This document shows, one piece after another, positions 10,187 through 20,700 of a DNA stretch of 64,000 nucleotides. Below the pieces are notes generated by a model. The model saw nothing but the letters and a program-made list of their open reading frames with translations, was not told the origin of the DNA and did no database searches. Position 1 is the first letter of the stretch; each line of letters opens with the position of its first letter. The translations under genes were made by a program, and so were the position numbers. Source of the DNA: an uncultured Clostridia bacterium (GTDB lineage Bacteria > Bacillota > Clostridia > TANB77 > CAG-465); assembly GCA_944388545.1 (NCBI GenBank), contig CALXJE010000003.1:9436-73435 (forward strand), in the 5' to 3' direction.

Positions 10187-10724
10187 ATGCTAAAATTTTT
10201 TAAACAAATATATGAAGATGCTAAAAACATAAAGGAAAAAGATCCAGCAACTAATAATATTTTTGAAGTTATATTACTTTATCCACGGATTTCATGCTGT
10301 TTTGTGGCATAGGTTAGCACATGCGCTTTATAAAATTAACTTTAAATTTATTGCAAGGTTTATATCTCAAATTGTGAAATTTTTTACAGGTATTGAAATA
10401 CATCCTGGTGCAAAAATAGGAAATAGATTATTTATAGACCACGGAAGTGGTATAGTCATAGGAGAAACAGCAGAAGTAGGTGATGATTGCACAATATACC
10501 ATCAAGCAACATTAGGTGGTACAGGAAAAGATATAAACAAAAGACATCCAACTATAGGAAATAATGTTATGGTAGGAGCAGGAGCAAAAATATTAGGACC
10601 AATATATATAGCAAATAATGTAAAAATTGGAGCAGAAAGTGTAGTTCTTAAAGAGTGTTTAGAAGAAAATGTAACACTAGTAGGAATTCCATCAAGAGTT
10701 GTAAAAAAATTAAATAATAAATAA
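10187..10724 (+). pseudogene. cysE: serine O-acetyltransferase, interrupted by a +1 nt frameshift
   Basis: The ATG at 10187 (RBS AAGGTGA) encodes [33 protein letters not shown] and then stops at 10310. The conserved continuation [16 protein letters not shown]... plus the hexapeptide repeats lie in another frame (track ORF 10263..10724). Deleting one base in 'ccacgg' near 10286 restores ...[16 protein letters not shown]..., which matches the CysE consensus. Confidence 0.8.
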
Positions 10725-10860
10725 AAAGAAATAAGTGACAATAAATTAAATATACAGTAAGATTATATATAAATAAACAAGAAAAGAGGGGAAATATATG
10801 ATAAAAATATATACAATTAAAGTATATAAATAGTACAGGTATAGTTTTTGATATAAAAAC

Positions 10861-10916
10861 ATAAATAGAAAAGTTAGTTATACTAATATATGTGAAGTAT
10901 AACTAGCTTTTTATTT
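10861..10916 (+). repeat. intergenic hairpin repeat, copy A (terminator-like)
   Basis: ATAAATAGAAAAGTTAGTTATAC-loop-GTATAACTAGCTTTTT. The same stem and flanks occur at 26285, 30985 and 37000. Confidence 0.7.
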
Positions 10917-11016
10917 TATAATAAAGTATATACACCAAATATTGCTACAACAATTTAAAAGTGATATAATACCACATATATAATTTATAGTATTAGTATA
11001 GTTGTTTGGAGGAGAT

Positions 11017-12174
11017 ATGTTAAAAAAAAGAGTAATAGTGATAGTATTTCTATTATTTTCTTTGGTTTTTTCTGATTTTTCATATGCAGTAATAGAGAAA
11101 GTAGAAGATGAAAATATCTTTCAAAACACACCTGCTGTTATAGTGAAAAATAATGGTGTGGAAAATGTTGAAGATGAGCTGGACGAAATGTCTTCAGGAA
11201 GAGTTCAAAATCTTGTTGTAGAGGTATTATCAGGAGATAAAAAAGGAAAACAATATAACGCAACATATACTGTTATGGCAAGAGAAGGTAGTAATTTTGA
11301 ATTTGACATTTTAAAAGAAGGAGATAAAGTATATTTAACCATTGATGAAAGAATGGAAGAGCCATTAGTATATGTATCAGGAATACAAAGACATAATTCA
11401 TTGTTAATATTAGCAATAATATTTTTACTTGCAATATTAGTTATTGGTAGAAAGCAAGGAATTAAGACTATAATATCATTAATTATTACTATAATTATTG
11501 TATTTTTTTGGGCACTACCTAGCATAATCAATGGAGCAAGTCCACTTTGGGTAGCAATAGGAGTAAGTTCGGTTATTACTATACTTACATACATAATAAT
11601 TAGTGGATTTCATAAAAAAACAATTGCAGCTATATTAGGTACAGTAGGAGGCTTACTATTATCAGCCCTTATAGTATTAATATTTGGAAAAGCAGCTAGA
11701 CTATCTGGACTTAATGAAGAATCAATGTATTTAGCTTTTTTACCACAAGGTACACAATTTGATTTGGTAGAAATAATATTTGCTGGTATAATAATAGGAG
11801 CTTTGGGAGCATGTATGGATATGGCGATGTCAATAGCTTCTGCATTAGAAGAGATAAAAAAAGAAAATCCATCAGCAAATAGAAGAACTCTATTTAAAGC
11901 TGGAATGAATATAGGGAAAGATGTAATGGGAACAAATACAAATACTTTAATACTTGCTTATGTTGGAAGCTCTCTTACAATATTAATATTATATATGGCT
12001 TATGGAATGAGCTTTTCAGAGATAGCTGATATTGAAATAATATCAGAAGCAATAATACGTTCTTTAGCTGGAAGTATAGGTCTTATAGGAGTAATACCAC
12101 TTACAGCATTTGTTAGTAGTTTACTTTATACGAGAGATAATTATGAAGAAATAGAAGAAGAGGATGAAGCGTAA
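11017..12174 (+). CDS. YibE/F-family membrane protein
   Basis: N-terminal signal/anchor, a soluble ~100-aa domain, then about 7 TM segments. The overall layout and length match YibE/F-like proteins. I prefer the ATG at 11017 after GGAGGAG over the TTG at 11002. Confidence 0.55.
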   Translation: MLKKRVIVIVFLLFSLVFSDFSYAVIEKVEDENIFQNTPAVIVKNNGVENVEDELDEMSSGRVQNLVVEVLSGDKKGKQYNATYTVMAREGSNFEFDILKEGDKVYLTIDERMEEPLVYVSGIQRHNSLLILAIIFLLAILVIGRKQGIKTIISLIITIIIVFFWALPSIINGASPLWVAIGVSSVITILTYIIISGFHKKTIAAILGTVGGLLLSALIVLIFGKAARLSGLNEESMYLAFLPQGTQFDLVEIIFAGIIIGALGACMDMAMSIASALEEIKKENPSANRRTLFKAGMNIGKDVMGTNTNTLILAYVGSSLTILILYMAYGMSFSEIADIEIISEAIIRSLAGSIGLIGVIPLTAFVSSLLYTRDNYEEIEEEDEA

Positions 12175-12187
12175 GGGGGAAAATTAT

Positions 12188-13891
12188 ATGAAAAAAGAAA
12201 TTATACATTATGATGTGCGAAAGATAAAGGATATAAAAGACTTAATAAATAGTAGTGCTGAGATATATCAAGATAAAGCCGCATATCTTGTGAAAAATTC
12301 TATGAGAGAATACGAAGAAGTAAGTTTTAATAAGACAAAACAAAATATGGATGAACTAGGAACAGCACTTATAAATTTAGGATTGAAAAATGAAAAAATA
12401 GCAGTAATAGGAGAAAATAGATATGAATGGGCTATATCGTATTTAGCAATAATATGTGGAACTGGTATTGTTGTACCGTTAGATAGAATGTTGCCAGAAA
12501 AAGAAATAGAAAGTTGCTTAAAAAGAGGAGAAGTAACTGCTGTTATTTATTCTGGAAGAGTGGAAGACGAGATAAGAAATATATCAGAGAAAATAGATAG
12601 TATAAAATATTTCATAGGAATGGATTTAAAAGAAGAAGTAGGAAAATTTAAATCACTAGAATTACTTTTAAAAAGAGGTAGAACTTTACTAGACGAAGGA
12701 AATACTGATTTTACAGATGCTCAAATTAATGTAAATGAAGTAGCAGAAATACTCTTTACATCAGGAACAACTTCAGAATCAAAAGCAGTTATGTTATCAC
12801 ATAATAATCTAGTTTTTAACATAATGAATCAATGTTCAATGCTATATATAGATGATAAAGATATATTCTTATCAGTTTTACCAATACATCATGTATATGA
12901 ATGTGTATGTGGATTTTTAACACCATTTTATAGAGGGTGTACAGTTGCATATTGTGAGGGATTAAAATATATTCAAAAAAATATGCAAGAAGCAAAAGTG
13001 ACAATGATGCTTGGAGTACCATTAATATTTGAGACAATGTATAAAAAAATATGGAATGGTATAGAAAAACAAGGAAAAACAAGATTAGTAAAAAGTATGA
13101 TAAAACTTACTAATTCAATGGGAAGTTTTGGTAAAAAATTAAAAAGAAAAGTATTTAAGAGTATATATAATGAATTTGGAGGAAATATTCGTCTATTTAT
13201 AGCTGGAGCTGCAGCTATAAATCCAGAAGTATCAAAAGGCTTCAAAGATTTTGGGATACTTGCACTTCAAGGTTATGGACTTTCAGAATGTGCTCCTATA
13301 GTTGCACTTAATCCTAATACTTGTCCTAAAGATGATGCAGCAGGTCTGCCATTATTCAATACAGATGTAAAAATTGTTAATAAAAATAGTGAAGGTATCG
13401 GTGAAATTGTTACAAAAGGTAAACATGTAATGCTTGGTTATTATAAAAATGAAAAGGCAACTAAAGAAGCTATTAAAGACGGATATTTTTATACAGGAGA
13501 TTTAGGATATATAGATGATGAGGGTTATATTCATATAACAGGTAGAAAGAAAAATGTTATAATAACTAAAAATGGTAAAAATGTATATCCAGAAGAAATA
13601 GAAGGTTTAATAAATGATTTAGAGTATGTAAAAGAATCAATGGTTTATGGTAAAAAAGAAAAATCGGATATAATTCTTTCAGTTCAAGTTATACCTGATA
13701 GAGATAAGATAAAAGATGAGATAGGAGAGATATCTGATGAAGATATAAAAAATCTTATTTGGAAAGGTATTAAAAAAGTAAATGAAGGACTTGTAGTGTA
13801 TAAAAGAATAAAGAATTTAGAATTAAGAGATAAAGAATTTGAAAAGACTACTACAATGAAGATAAAAAGATATAAAGAAAATATACTTTAA
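12188..13891 (+). CDS. AMP-dependent long-chain fatty acid-CoA ligase
   Basis: AMP-binding signature FTSGTTSESKAV, plus YGLSEC, TGDLGYIDDEGYIHITGRKK and a C-terminal K(I)KR motif. The likely start is the ATG at 12188 after GGGGGA. Confidence 0.8.
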   Translation: MKKEIIHYDVRKIKDIKDLINSSAEIYQDKAAYLVKNSMREYEEVSFNKTKQNMDELGTALINLGLKNEKIAVIGENRYEWAISYLAIICGTGIVVPLDRMLPEKEIESCLKRGEVTAVIYSGRVEDEIRNISEKIDSIKYFIGMDLKEEVGKFKSLELLLKRGRTLLDEGNTDFTDAQINVNEVAEILFTSGTTSESKAVMLSHNNLVFNIMNQCSMLYIDDKDIFLSVLPIHHVYECVCGFLTPFYRGCTVAYCEGLKYIQKNMQEAKVTMMLGVPLIFETMYKKIWNGIEKQGKTRLVKSMIKLTNSMGSFGKKLKRKVFKSIYNEFGGNIRLFIAGAAAINPEVSKGFKDFGILALQGYGLSECAPIVALNPNTCPKDDAAGLPLFNTDVKIVNKNSEGIGEIVTKGKHVMLGYYKNEKATKEAIKDGYFYTGDLGYIDDEGYIHITGRKKNVIITKNGKNVYPEEIEGLINDLEYVKESMVYGKKEKSDIILSVQVIPDRDKIKDEIGEISDEDIKNLIWKGIKKVNEGLVVYKRIKNLELRDKEFEKTTTMKIKRYKENIL

Positions 13892-13944
13892 GTAAAAATT
13901 AAATAAATGTATATATTATATTACTAGAAAGGACGTGCTATTAT

Positions 13945-14637
13945 ATGAAGTCAGATAAGAAAAAAATTGAAATTAATGAGATTATAAGCTGGATAATTAG
14001 GGTATTATTAGTTTTAGCGATAATTGAAAGCATATTTGCTAAGAAATATCAAAATACTTTTGTAGGGATACTTACTTTTGTTATGACTTTTTATCCTAGT
14101 ATTTTAAAGAAAAGATTTAGAGTGTATTTACCATCAGGACTCCAGATAATTATAACTTTATTTATATTTGCAGCTCAGTTTTTAGGAGAATTACATGATT
14201 TCTATTATAAAATACCTTGGTGGGATAATATGCTTCATTGTATATCTGGCAGTGTATTAGGAATTATAGGTTTTATGTTTGTATATTTCTTAAATAAGAC
14301 TCATATAAAGCAAACAAAATTAAGTCCGTTTTTTATAGCTTTATTTGCATTTTGTTTTGCTCTTTCAATGGGTGTGTTTTGGGAATTCTTTGAATTTGCA
14401 GGAGATAGACTATTTGGCCTTAACATGCAAAAATTTAGATTGCCAGGGGAGGATGGACTTATAGATACAATGACAGATTTATTTGTCGATGCAATAGGTG
14501 CATGTATTGTTTCAATAATAGGATATATTTATATGAAAAATCCGAAAATAATTTTGAAAAGAAAATATAAAATGGAAGAATGGATAAAAAAGCAAAGAGA
14601 ATTAGAGATGGAAGCAGATAGCAAACAAGAAAGCTAG
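13945..14637 (+). CDS. multi-pass membrane protein of unknown function
   Basis: 230 aa with about 6 hydrophobic segments and a charged C-terminal tail. No confident family assignment. Confidence 0.4.
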   Translation: MKSDKKKIEINEIISWIIRVLLVLAIIESIFAKKYQNTFVGILTFVMTFYPSILKKRFRVYLPSGLQIIITLFIFAAQFLGELHDFYYKIPWWDNMLHCISGSVLGIIGFMFVYFLNKTHIKQTKLSPFFIALFAFCFALSMGVFWEFFEFAGDRLFGLNMQKFRLPGEDGLIDTMTDLFVDAIGACIVSIIGYIYMKNPKIILKRKYKMEEWIKKQRELEMEADSKQES

Positions 14638-14647
14638 GATTAAATAG

Positions 14648-14675
14648 ATGTACTATAAATATAGTACATTTTTTG
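14648..14675 (+). terminator. intrinsic terminator
   Basis: ATGTACTATA-AAT-ATAGTACAT hairpin followed by TTTTTT. Confidence 0.6.
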
Positions 14676-14768
14676 TTATATAAATTATGTAAATAAATTA
14701 TTTGCAAAATATTGTCGAATGTTGTATACTATATTTGTAATGTAATTAATGTATTTTAGGAGAACTTA

Positions 14769-16316
14769 ATGAAATTATTAGAAAAACTATTTAAAATAAT
14801 ATTTGGTAGAACAACAATAGCTTTAGTTGCTTTATGTTTGCAAATATCAATTCTATACGTAAGTTATAAATTTTATCAAGAATATATTGGGTATATTTTT
14901 ACAGGTTTTGTAGTACTTAGTGCAATTATAGTTATATATATAATAAATGCTAAACAAAATCCAGCATTTAAGCTTGCCTGGATTGTTCCTGTTTTGGTTT
15001 TCCCATTTTTTGGAGTTGTAATGTATTTATTCATAAAAACTCAGCAAACGCCAAAAAGAATAAATAAAAAAATAAAGAAAATAGAACAAGAAATGAAACC
15101 TGATTTAATGCAAGATGAAAGTATTTTAAAAGAGATAGAAAATAAAAGCAGTAGAGTATTTAATTTGGCCAGGTATATGAATAATACAGGTAGCTTTCCT
15201 ATATATAAAAATACTAGTGTTGAATATTTTCCAATAGGTGAGGCTAAATTTAAAAGCTTAATCGAAGAACTTGAAAAGGCAGAAAAGTATATATTTATGG
15301 AATATTTTATAATAGAAAAAAGCAAAATGTGGAATACAATTTTGAAGATTCTAGAAAGAAAAGTAAAAGAAGGCGTAGAAGTTAGAATAATGTATGATGG
15401 TATGTGCTCTTTAACTATGCTTCCTTGGAGTTTCCCAGATATATTAATAAATAAGGGAATAAAATGTAAAATATTTTCTCCAATAGTTCCAGTAATATCT
15501 ACTTGTCAGAATAATAGAGATCATAGAAAAATAGTTGTAATAGATGGAAAAGTAGCATTTACTGGTGGAATTAATATAGGAGATGAATATATTAACGAAT
15601 ACGAAAAATATGGTCACTGGAAAGATACTTCTATAATGATAAAGGGTGAAGCAGTTAAGACTTTTGTTATAATGTTTTTGCAGATGTGGAATATAGAAGA
15701 GAAGAACTTAGAGGACTATAAGCAGTATATAAATGAAAATAATAGTGAATTTGCACATCATGATGATGGTTCATATGTACTTCCATATGGAGAAAACCCA
15801 TATGATGAATATACCATAGCAGAACAGGTATATATGGATATAATTAATACTGCAAAAAAATATATTCATATCATGACTCCTTATCTTATATTAGATAATG
15901 AAATGATGATGGCATTAAAATATGCGGCAAAAAGGGGAGTGGAAACAGTTATAATAATGCCTCATATACCCGATAAAATATATACATATTTACTTGCTAG
16001 AACATATTATGAAGAGTTACTAGAGGCAGGTGTAAAAATATATGAGTATACGCCAGGATTTGTACATGCTAAAGTTTTTATTAGTGATGATGAAGAAGCA
16101 GTAGTTGGAACTATAAATTTAGACTATAGAAGTTTATATCTTAATTTTGAATGTGCAGCGTATATGTATAAAAGTAAAGTTATTAAAGATATAGAAGATG
16201 ATTATAAAAATACACTGGAAGATTGTGAGTTGATAACATTAGAAAACCATAGAAAATATAGTGTATTTAAAAAAATTATAGGACGAGTGTTAAGATTGTT
16301 TGCTCCATTAATGTAA
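14769..16316 (+). CDS. cls: cardiolipin synthase
   Basis: Two N-terminal TM helices and two PLD HKD motifs (HRKIVVIDGKVAFTGGINIGDEY and HAKVFISDDEEAVVGTINLDYRS). Confidence 0.9.
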   Translation: MKLLEKLFKIIFGRTTIALVALCLQISILYVSYKFYQEYIGYIFTGFVVLSAIIVIYIINAKQNPAFKLAWIVPVLVFPFFGVVMYLFIKTQQTPKRINKKIKKIEQEMKPDLMQDESILKEIENKSSRVFNLARYMNNTGSFPIYKNTSVEYFPIGEAKFKSLIEELEKAEKYIFMEYFIIEKSKMWNTILKILERKVKEGVEVRIMYDGMCSLTMLPWSFPDILINKGIKCKIFSPIVPVISTCQNNRDHRKIVVIDGKVAFTGGINIGDEYINEYEKYGHWKDTSIMIKGEAVKTFVIMFLQMWNIEEKNLEDYKQYINENNSEFAHHDDGSYVLPYGENPYDEYTIAEQVYMDIINTAKKYIHIMTPYLILDNEMMMALKYAAKRGVETVIIMPHIPDKIYTYLLARTYYEELLEAGVKIYEYTPGFVHAKVFISDDEEAVVGTINLDYRSLYLNFECAAYMYKSKVIKDIEDDYKNTLEDCELITLENHRKYSVFKKIIGRVLRLFAPLM

Positions 16317-16332
16317 AGGGGGATAAATACTT

Positions 16333-16953
16333 ATGAAAAAATTAAAGTTAAAAAAATATTTTTTGCTATTTATGATGTATTCTATAGTAGGTTGGATAAT
16401 GGAAGTAATACTTGCACTTATTTGCCATCATAAATTTATAAACAGGGGCTTTCTCATAGGGCCATATCTTCCTATTTATGGAGTTGGATGTATATTAATG
16501 CTCCTTTTATTAGAAAGATTTAAGGATAAACCAATACTTTTAGTTATACTTAGTATGGTTATATGTTCTTTATTAGAATATATTACAAGTTATTTATTAG
16601 AAGTAGCATTCAATACTAGATGGTGGGATTATTCAAATAGTTTAATTAATTTAAATGGAAGAATTTGTTTAGAAAATACAGTCCTATTTGGAATACTTGG
16701 AGCACTTATAATATACGTAGTTAATCCATTTTTTATGAGCCTATTAGACAAATTATCTATTAGAACTATAAATATTTTATTTTATATTTTATCAACATTG
16801 TTTATAATAGATGTCTTACTATCTTTTATATCTATGATATTTTTAAGAAATAGTTTTGGAGAGAATGTAAAGGACACTACAGAAGAGTCATCTAGGAAAA
16901 CAATTCAATTTATAAAAAATATATTTAGTAATATAAAAGAAGCAATCACTTAA
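16333..16953 (+). CDS. membrane protein ('putative ABC-transporter type IV'/CmpB-like family)
   Basis: YSIVGWIMEVI...NRGFLIGPYLPIYGVG...RWWDYS pattern, characteristic of that small-membrane-protein family. Confidence 0.5.
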   Translation: MKKLKLKKYFLLFMMYSIVGWIMEVILALICHHKFINRGFLIGPYLPIYGVGCILMLLLLERFKDKPILLVILSMVICSLLEYITSYLLEVAFNTRWWDYSNSLINLNGRICLENTVLFGILGALIIYVVNPFFMSLLDKLSIRTINILFYILSTLFIIDVLLSFISMIFLRNSFGENVKDTTEESSRKTIQFIKNIFSNIKEAIT

Positions 16954-16967
16954 ATTGATTGCTTCTT
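16937..16967. terminator. hairpin shared by convergent genes
   Basis: AAGAAGCAATCA-loop-TGATTGCTTCTT. It spans the stop codon of 16333..16953 and lies just downstream of the murC stop. Confidence 0.5.
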
Positions 16968-16982
16968 TGTATAATGGGCTAA

Positions 16983-18395
16983 TTATAATAAATCGCTTAG
17001 TTTAGTTATAGTACCAGCGCCTATTGTAAGGACAATATCGTTTGGCTCTACTAATTCTTTTATTTTATTTGCTATTTCTTCAAATGAACTTATATACATT
17101 GCATTTACTCCATTTTGTATTAACCTATCTGCAAGCATTTTTGAAGAAATGGTACCGTCATCAATTTCTCTTGCAGCATATATATCAGTTAAAATAACTA
17201 TATCTGCATTATTAAACGCATGTGAAAATTTATCAAATAATAATTTTGTTCTAGAGTAAGTATGGGGTTGAAATACAACAATAACTTTATTCTTTGATTT
17301 ATTTTTAGCTGATTCTAAAGTGGCTTCTATTTCTGTAGGATGATGTGCATAATCATCATATATCGTTACATTATTTTGTATTGTCTTTTTATATTCAAAT
17401 CTTCTACTTGCTCCTGTAAACATCTCTATACTATCTTTAGCAGAGAGTACATCTAAATTATTACTATAGACAGTTCCAAATGTTGCAAGGCTATTTGATA
17501 CGTTATGTTTTCCAGGAGCATTTAATGAGATATTAGCAATAAATTTAGAATTTATATATAAATCGTATTTGTAGCAACCATTATCATTTAAAGTGATATT
17601 ATCAGCAAATAAATTAGCATTTTTATCTTTTAAAGAATAGGTAAGTACATTTATATTATTTTCATTAATAAATGTATTTAGGTGATTAATAACATCAATA
17701 CAATTTTCATCATCTTTGTTAATTATTAGTTTACCATTTTTAGGTAGCATAGATATGAATTTAATAAATGATTCTTTTATTTGATCTATACCACTAAAAT
17801 AGTCTAAGTGTTCTTCTTCTATATTTAGTATTACTGCTGTTTCTGGTGGAAAGTTAAGGAAGCTATCTACATATTCGCATGCTTCTAAAACAAAATAATC
17901 ATTTTTACCGATAAGATAGTTTAAATTATTAAGTTCCTTTAATTTAGATCCTACAAGTACAGTAGGATTAGTATTTAAGTGTATAAACGCACTAGCAATC
18001 ATAGATGTAGTTGTTGTTTTTCCGTGCATTCCTGCTATACATATTGGTTTATTATACTTTTTAAGTAAAATACCTAGGAAAGGAGCTCTTTCAAGTGTAG
18101 GTATACCTAATCGTTTTGCTTCCATAAATTCTTCATCTGTATCTTTTATTGCAGCAGTATACACAACTAAATCTGCATTTTTAATAAGCTCTTTATTGTG
18201 ACCTATAAACACAGGTATATTTTCTTCTCTTAAGATTTTAATCATGTCTCCTTCAGCAGTATCAGAACCTGAAATATTAAATCCAGATTTTTTTAGCATT
18301 ATAGCAATACCACTCATGCTAATGCCACCAATACCAATCATATGGATTTTATTTATTTTACTTAAATCAATATTTGTATTACTCAATATTATCAC
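16983..18395 (-). CDS. murC: UDP-N-acetylmuramate--L-alanine ligase
   Basis: N-terminal GIGGISMSGIA and the Mur ligase P-loop GMHGKTTTTSM. 470 aa. Confidence 0.9.
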   Translation of the reverse strand: MIILSNTNIDLSKINKIHMIGIGGISMSGIAIMLKKSGFNISGSDTAEGDMIKILREENIPVFIGHNKELIKNADLVVYTAAIKDTDEEFMEAKRLGIPTLERAPFLGILLKKYNKPICIAGMHGKTTTTSMIASAFIHLNTNPTVLVGSKLKELNNLNYLIGKNDYFVLEACEYVDSFLNFPPETAVILNIEEEHLDYFSGIDQIKESFIKFISMLPKNGKLIINKDDENCIDVINHLNTFINENNINVLTYSLKDKNANLFADNITLNDNGCYKYDLYINSKFIANISLNAPGKHNVSNSLATFGTVYSNNLDVLSAKDSIEMFTGASRRFEYKKTIQNNVTIYDDYAHHPTEIEATLESAKNKSKNKVIVVFQPHTYSRTKLLFDKFSHAFNNADIVILTDIYAAREIDDGTISSKMLADRLIQNGVNAMYISSFEEIANKIKELVEPNDIVLTIGAGTITKLSDLL

Positions 18396-18515
18396 TTCCT
18401 AAAAAATATTATACTAAAATATATTTTGCATATCAATAATGCATGTAAAAAAGTTAATAAAATTTGCAAAATATACGCATTTATTATATAATATATAAAA
18501 ATTGAGGTAGAGTTT

Positions 18516-19562
18516 ATGTGGTTTGAAAATGTAGTTATAATTCTTACTTGGTTTATTTTATTAATACTATATTTAAAATTATGTTTAAAGAGCAGAAATA
18601 TAGTATGTATTATAACGATATGTTTAAATATAGTTTTTGCTATATTATATTTTATAAAAGATATAGTAAATTTAAAAATAGGTAACTTATTACAAATAGT
18701 ATTTTTTGCTTTTATGTATATTATTCCTCTAATAGAAGTATATATAAATTATAATAATATATCTATAAAGCAAAAAATAGTATGCATTCTCGGAAAAATG
18801 TATTATAACATGGGAAGATATGATATAGCCGCAAAGTTATATATACATAGTATTAGAACAAATAAGAAAAATATAACATCAAATAATTATTATATTTTAG
18901 GAAGATGTCTAAGAAAAGAGAAAAGATATTTAGATTCAAGAGATATGTTAATTGAGGCAATAGAGCTTGACAAGAATAATTTTATGGCATATTATGAACT
19001 GGGGCTCACACTTAATGCATCAGACAAAAAAGATACAGCAATTGTAATGTTTAGTAATGCACTTAAGATTAATAGTGAATTTAAAGAAGCGAAAATAGCT
19101 TTAGCAATTACATATTCTGAAATAGGTAGATATAAAGAGGCTATAGCTTTATATAATGAGATTATAAATAAAGATGAAGCTGATGAAGAAGTATGGTATA
19201 ATTTAGCTAATATTTATTACTATAGTTTAGGAGACTTAAATAAAGCGGAAGAATGCTATAATAAAGCCATAGAGCTTAATAATAAACTTTATGCAGCTTG
19301 GTTTAATCTAGGAATAATAAATTATTTAAAAGGCGATTATGAAACTAGTATTAAGGATTTAATTATAGCTAAACAGAGTAGTGATTTTAAATATAAAGCA
19401 GAATATAATTTAGCAAAAAGTTATGTCGCGATTAAGGGAAATGCAAAAGCAATTAAATTGCTTACAAAAATTATAGAAAGAGATGAAACCTATATAGATA
19501 AAATAAAAAACGAAATAATTTTTGAAGAGATAATTAATGAAGTTATCAAAATAGAAAATTAA
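18516..19562 (+). CDS. membrane-anchored tetratricopeptide-repeat protein
   Basis: Three N-terminal TM segments followed by repeated TPR-like units (YYxLGxxL...A..xYxKAIELN). Confidence 0.6.
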   Translation: MWFENVVIILTWFILLILYLKLCLKSRNIVCIITICLNIVFAILYFIKDIVNLKIGNLLQIVFFAFMYIIPLIEVYINYNNISIKQKIVCILGKMYYNMGRYDIAAKLYIHSIRTNKKNITSNNYYILGRCLRKEKRYLDSRDMLIEAIELDKNNFMAYYELGLTLNASDKKDTAIVMFSNALKINSEFKEAKIALAITYSEIGRYKEAIALYNEIINKDEADEEVWYNLANIYYYSLGDLNKAEECYNKAIELNNKLYAAWFNLGIINYLKGDYETSIKDLIIAKQSSDFKYKAEYNLAKSYVAIKGNAKAIKLLTKIIERDETYIDKIKNEIIFEEIINEVIKIEN

Positions 19563-19621
19563 TAATATTTATATAGACTTTTTATTAAATTTATGCTAAT
19601 ATGTATTAGCATAAAATATAT

Positions 19622-19704
19622 GCCGATGTGGCGGAACTGGCAGACGCACACGACTCAAAATCGTGAGGGAAACCATGTGGGTTCGAGTCCCACCATCGGT
19701 ACCA
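19622..19704 (+). tRNA. tRNA-Leu (anticodon CAA)
   Basis: Cloverleaf with acceptor GCCGATG/CATCGGT, anticodon stem-loop CACGA-CTCAAAA-TCGTG, a long variable arm, a GGTTCGAGTCC T-loop, and an encoded CCA. Confidence 0.9.
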
Positions 19705-19834
19705 AATTATATAACTTACAACTCATAGAAGTGGTCGTGAGTTTTTTGTTTAATCTAAAGTAACCGTTGAAATGTTAGAAATCATCAATAAGTCTACATT
19801 TTTGTTTTTAATATTTAACATATAAGTTGAAATT

Positions 19835-20356
19835 TTAATATATTCCGAAGGCTTTATCATATTCAACAATTCCATATATTGCTTTTGCATTTTGATTTAA
19901 CTTTATTGCCATAAAATAGTTATCTTCAACTTCAAATGGTGCTTTAATATTATAGTTACTTGCAGGAATATACCCTAATTTATGATAGTATTTATCATTA
20001 CCCAAAACAACTGAATAATTATAGTTTAACTGATTTGCAATTTCATGTCCTTTTTTTATCAAATTTGTTCCTATACCTTTTCTTTGATATTCTGGTAATA
20101 TTGCTAATGGAGCAAGTGCTAATTCTGTATTATTAACAATTTTAATTTTAGTAAATAAAATGTATCCAATAATTTTATTATTATCTACTGCAACCAACGA
20201 TAATTCTGGAATGAATGATTTACTTTTTCTTAATTTAATAACTAATTCTTGTTCGTTTCCATCACTATGTTCTGCTGTTTCGAATGCCTTTTTTATAACA
20301 GTATATACTTCTTCATAATCATTTTCATTTTCTTGCCTTATTTTTAACACTTTCAT
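19835..20356 (-). CDS. GNAT-family N-acetyltransferase
   Basis: 173 aa with the acetyl-CoA-binding motif QRKGIGTNLI. Confidence 0.7.
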   Translation of the reverse strand: MKVLKIRQENENDYEEVYTVIKKAFETAEHSDGNEQELVIKLRKSKSFIPELSLVAVDNNKIIGYILFTKIKIVNNTELALAPLAILPEYQRKGIGTNLIKKGHEIANQLNYNYSVVLGNDKYYHKLGYIPASNYNIKAPFEVEDNYFMAIKLNQNAKAIYGIVEYDKAFGIY

Positions 20357-20667
20357 TTCACCTTCAATTTTTAGAATTTATTTCTCTAGTATAATAGATA
20401 AGTAGATTATAGTTTTTGATTAATTAACAATTTAATTTGTTTTAATTTCTTAAAAATTATACTATACAAGTAGAGTAATTTTCAATATACAATATGTAAA
20501 ATTAATTAAACCATTATAGTTAAAATAAACAATATAAAAAGGGAAGTTTAATATATCGATTAATATATTAAAAGTAATCTATAAATATTTAATTAGTTTA
20601 GAAAAAGTCATAAAGTTTAAATTATTTAAAATTATGATATAATGTAATATGTGTATAACAATAAAAA

Positions 20668-20700
20668 ATGAAATTATATATGATTTTAATTAGAAGGTGA
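20668..20700 (+). promoter_or_regulatory. possible 10-codon upstream ORF overlapping the ABC-F RBS (speculative)
   Basis: atg aaa tta tat atg att tta att aga agg tga encodes MKLYMILIRR. Its stop overlaps the GAAGGTGA Shine-Dalgarno of the downstream gene. It lies downstream of an extended -10 TGATATAAT (20635..20643). The uORF has no SD of its own. Confidence 0.2.

Noticed and set aside
19705-19760. A shared motif AACTTAC-N12-15-TCGTGAGTTTTT-N-TTGTTTAA downstream of both tRNA-Leu (19705..19760) and tRNA-Thr (24591..24650), considered as duplicated att sites.
   Set aside because: Both fold as G-U-containing hairpins followed by T-runs, which marks them as related tRNA terminators. There is no flanking mobile gene at the tRNA-Leu copy.
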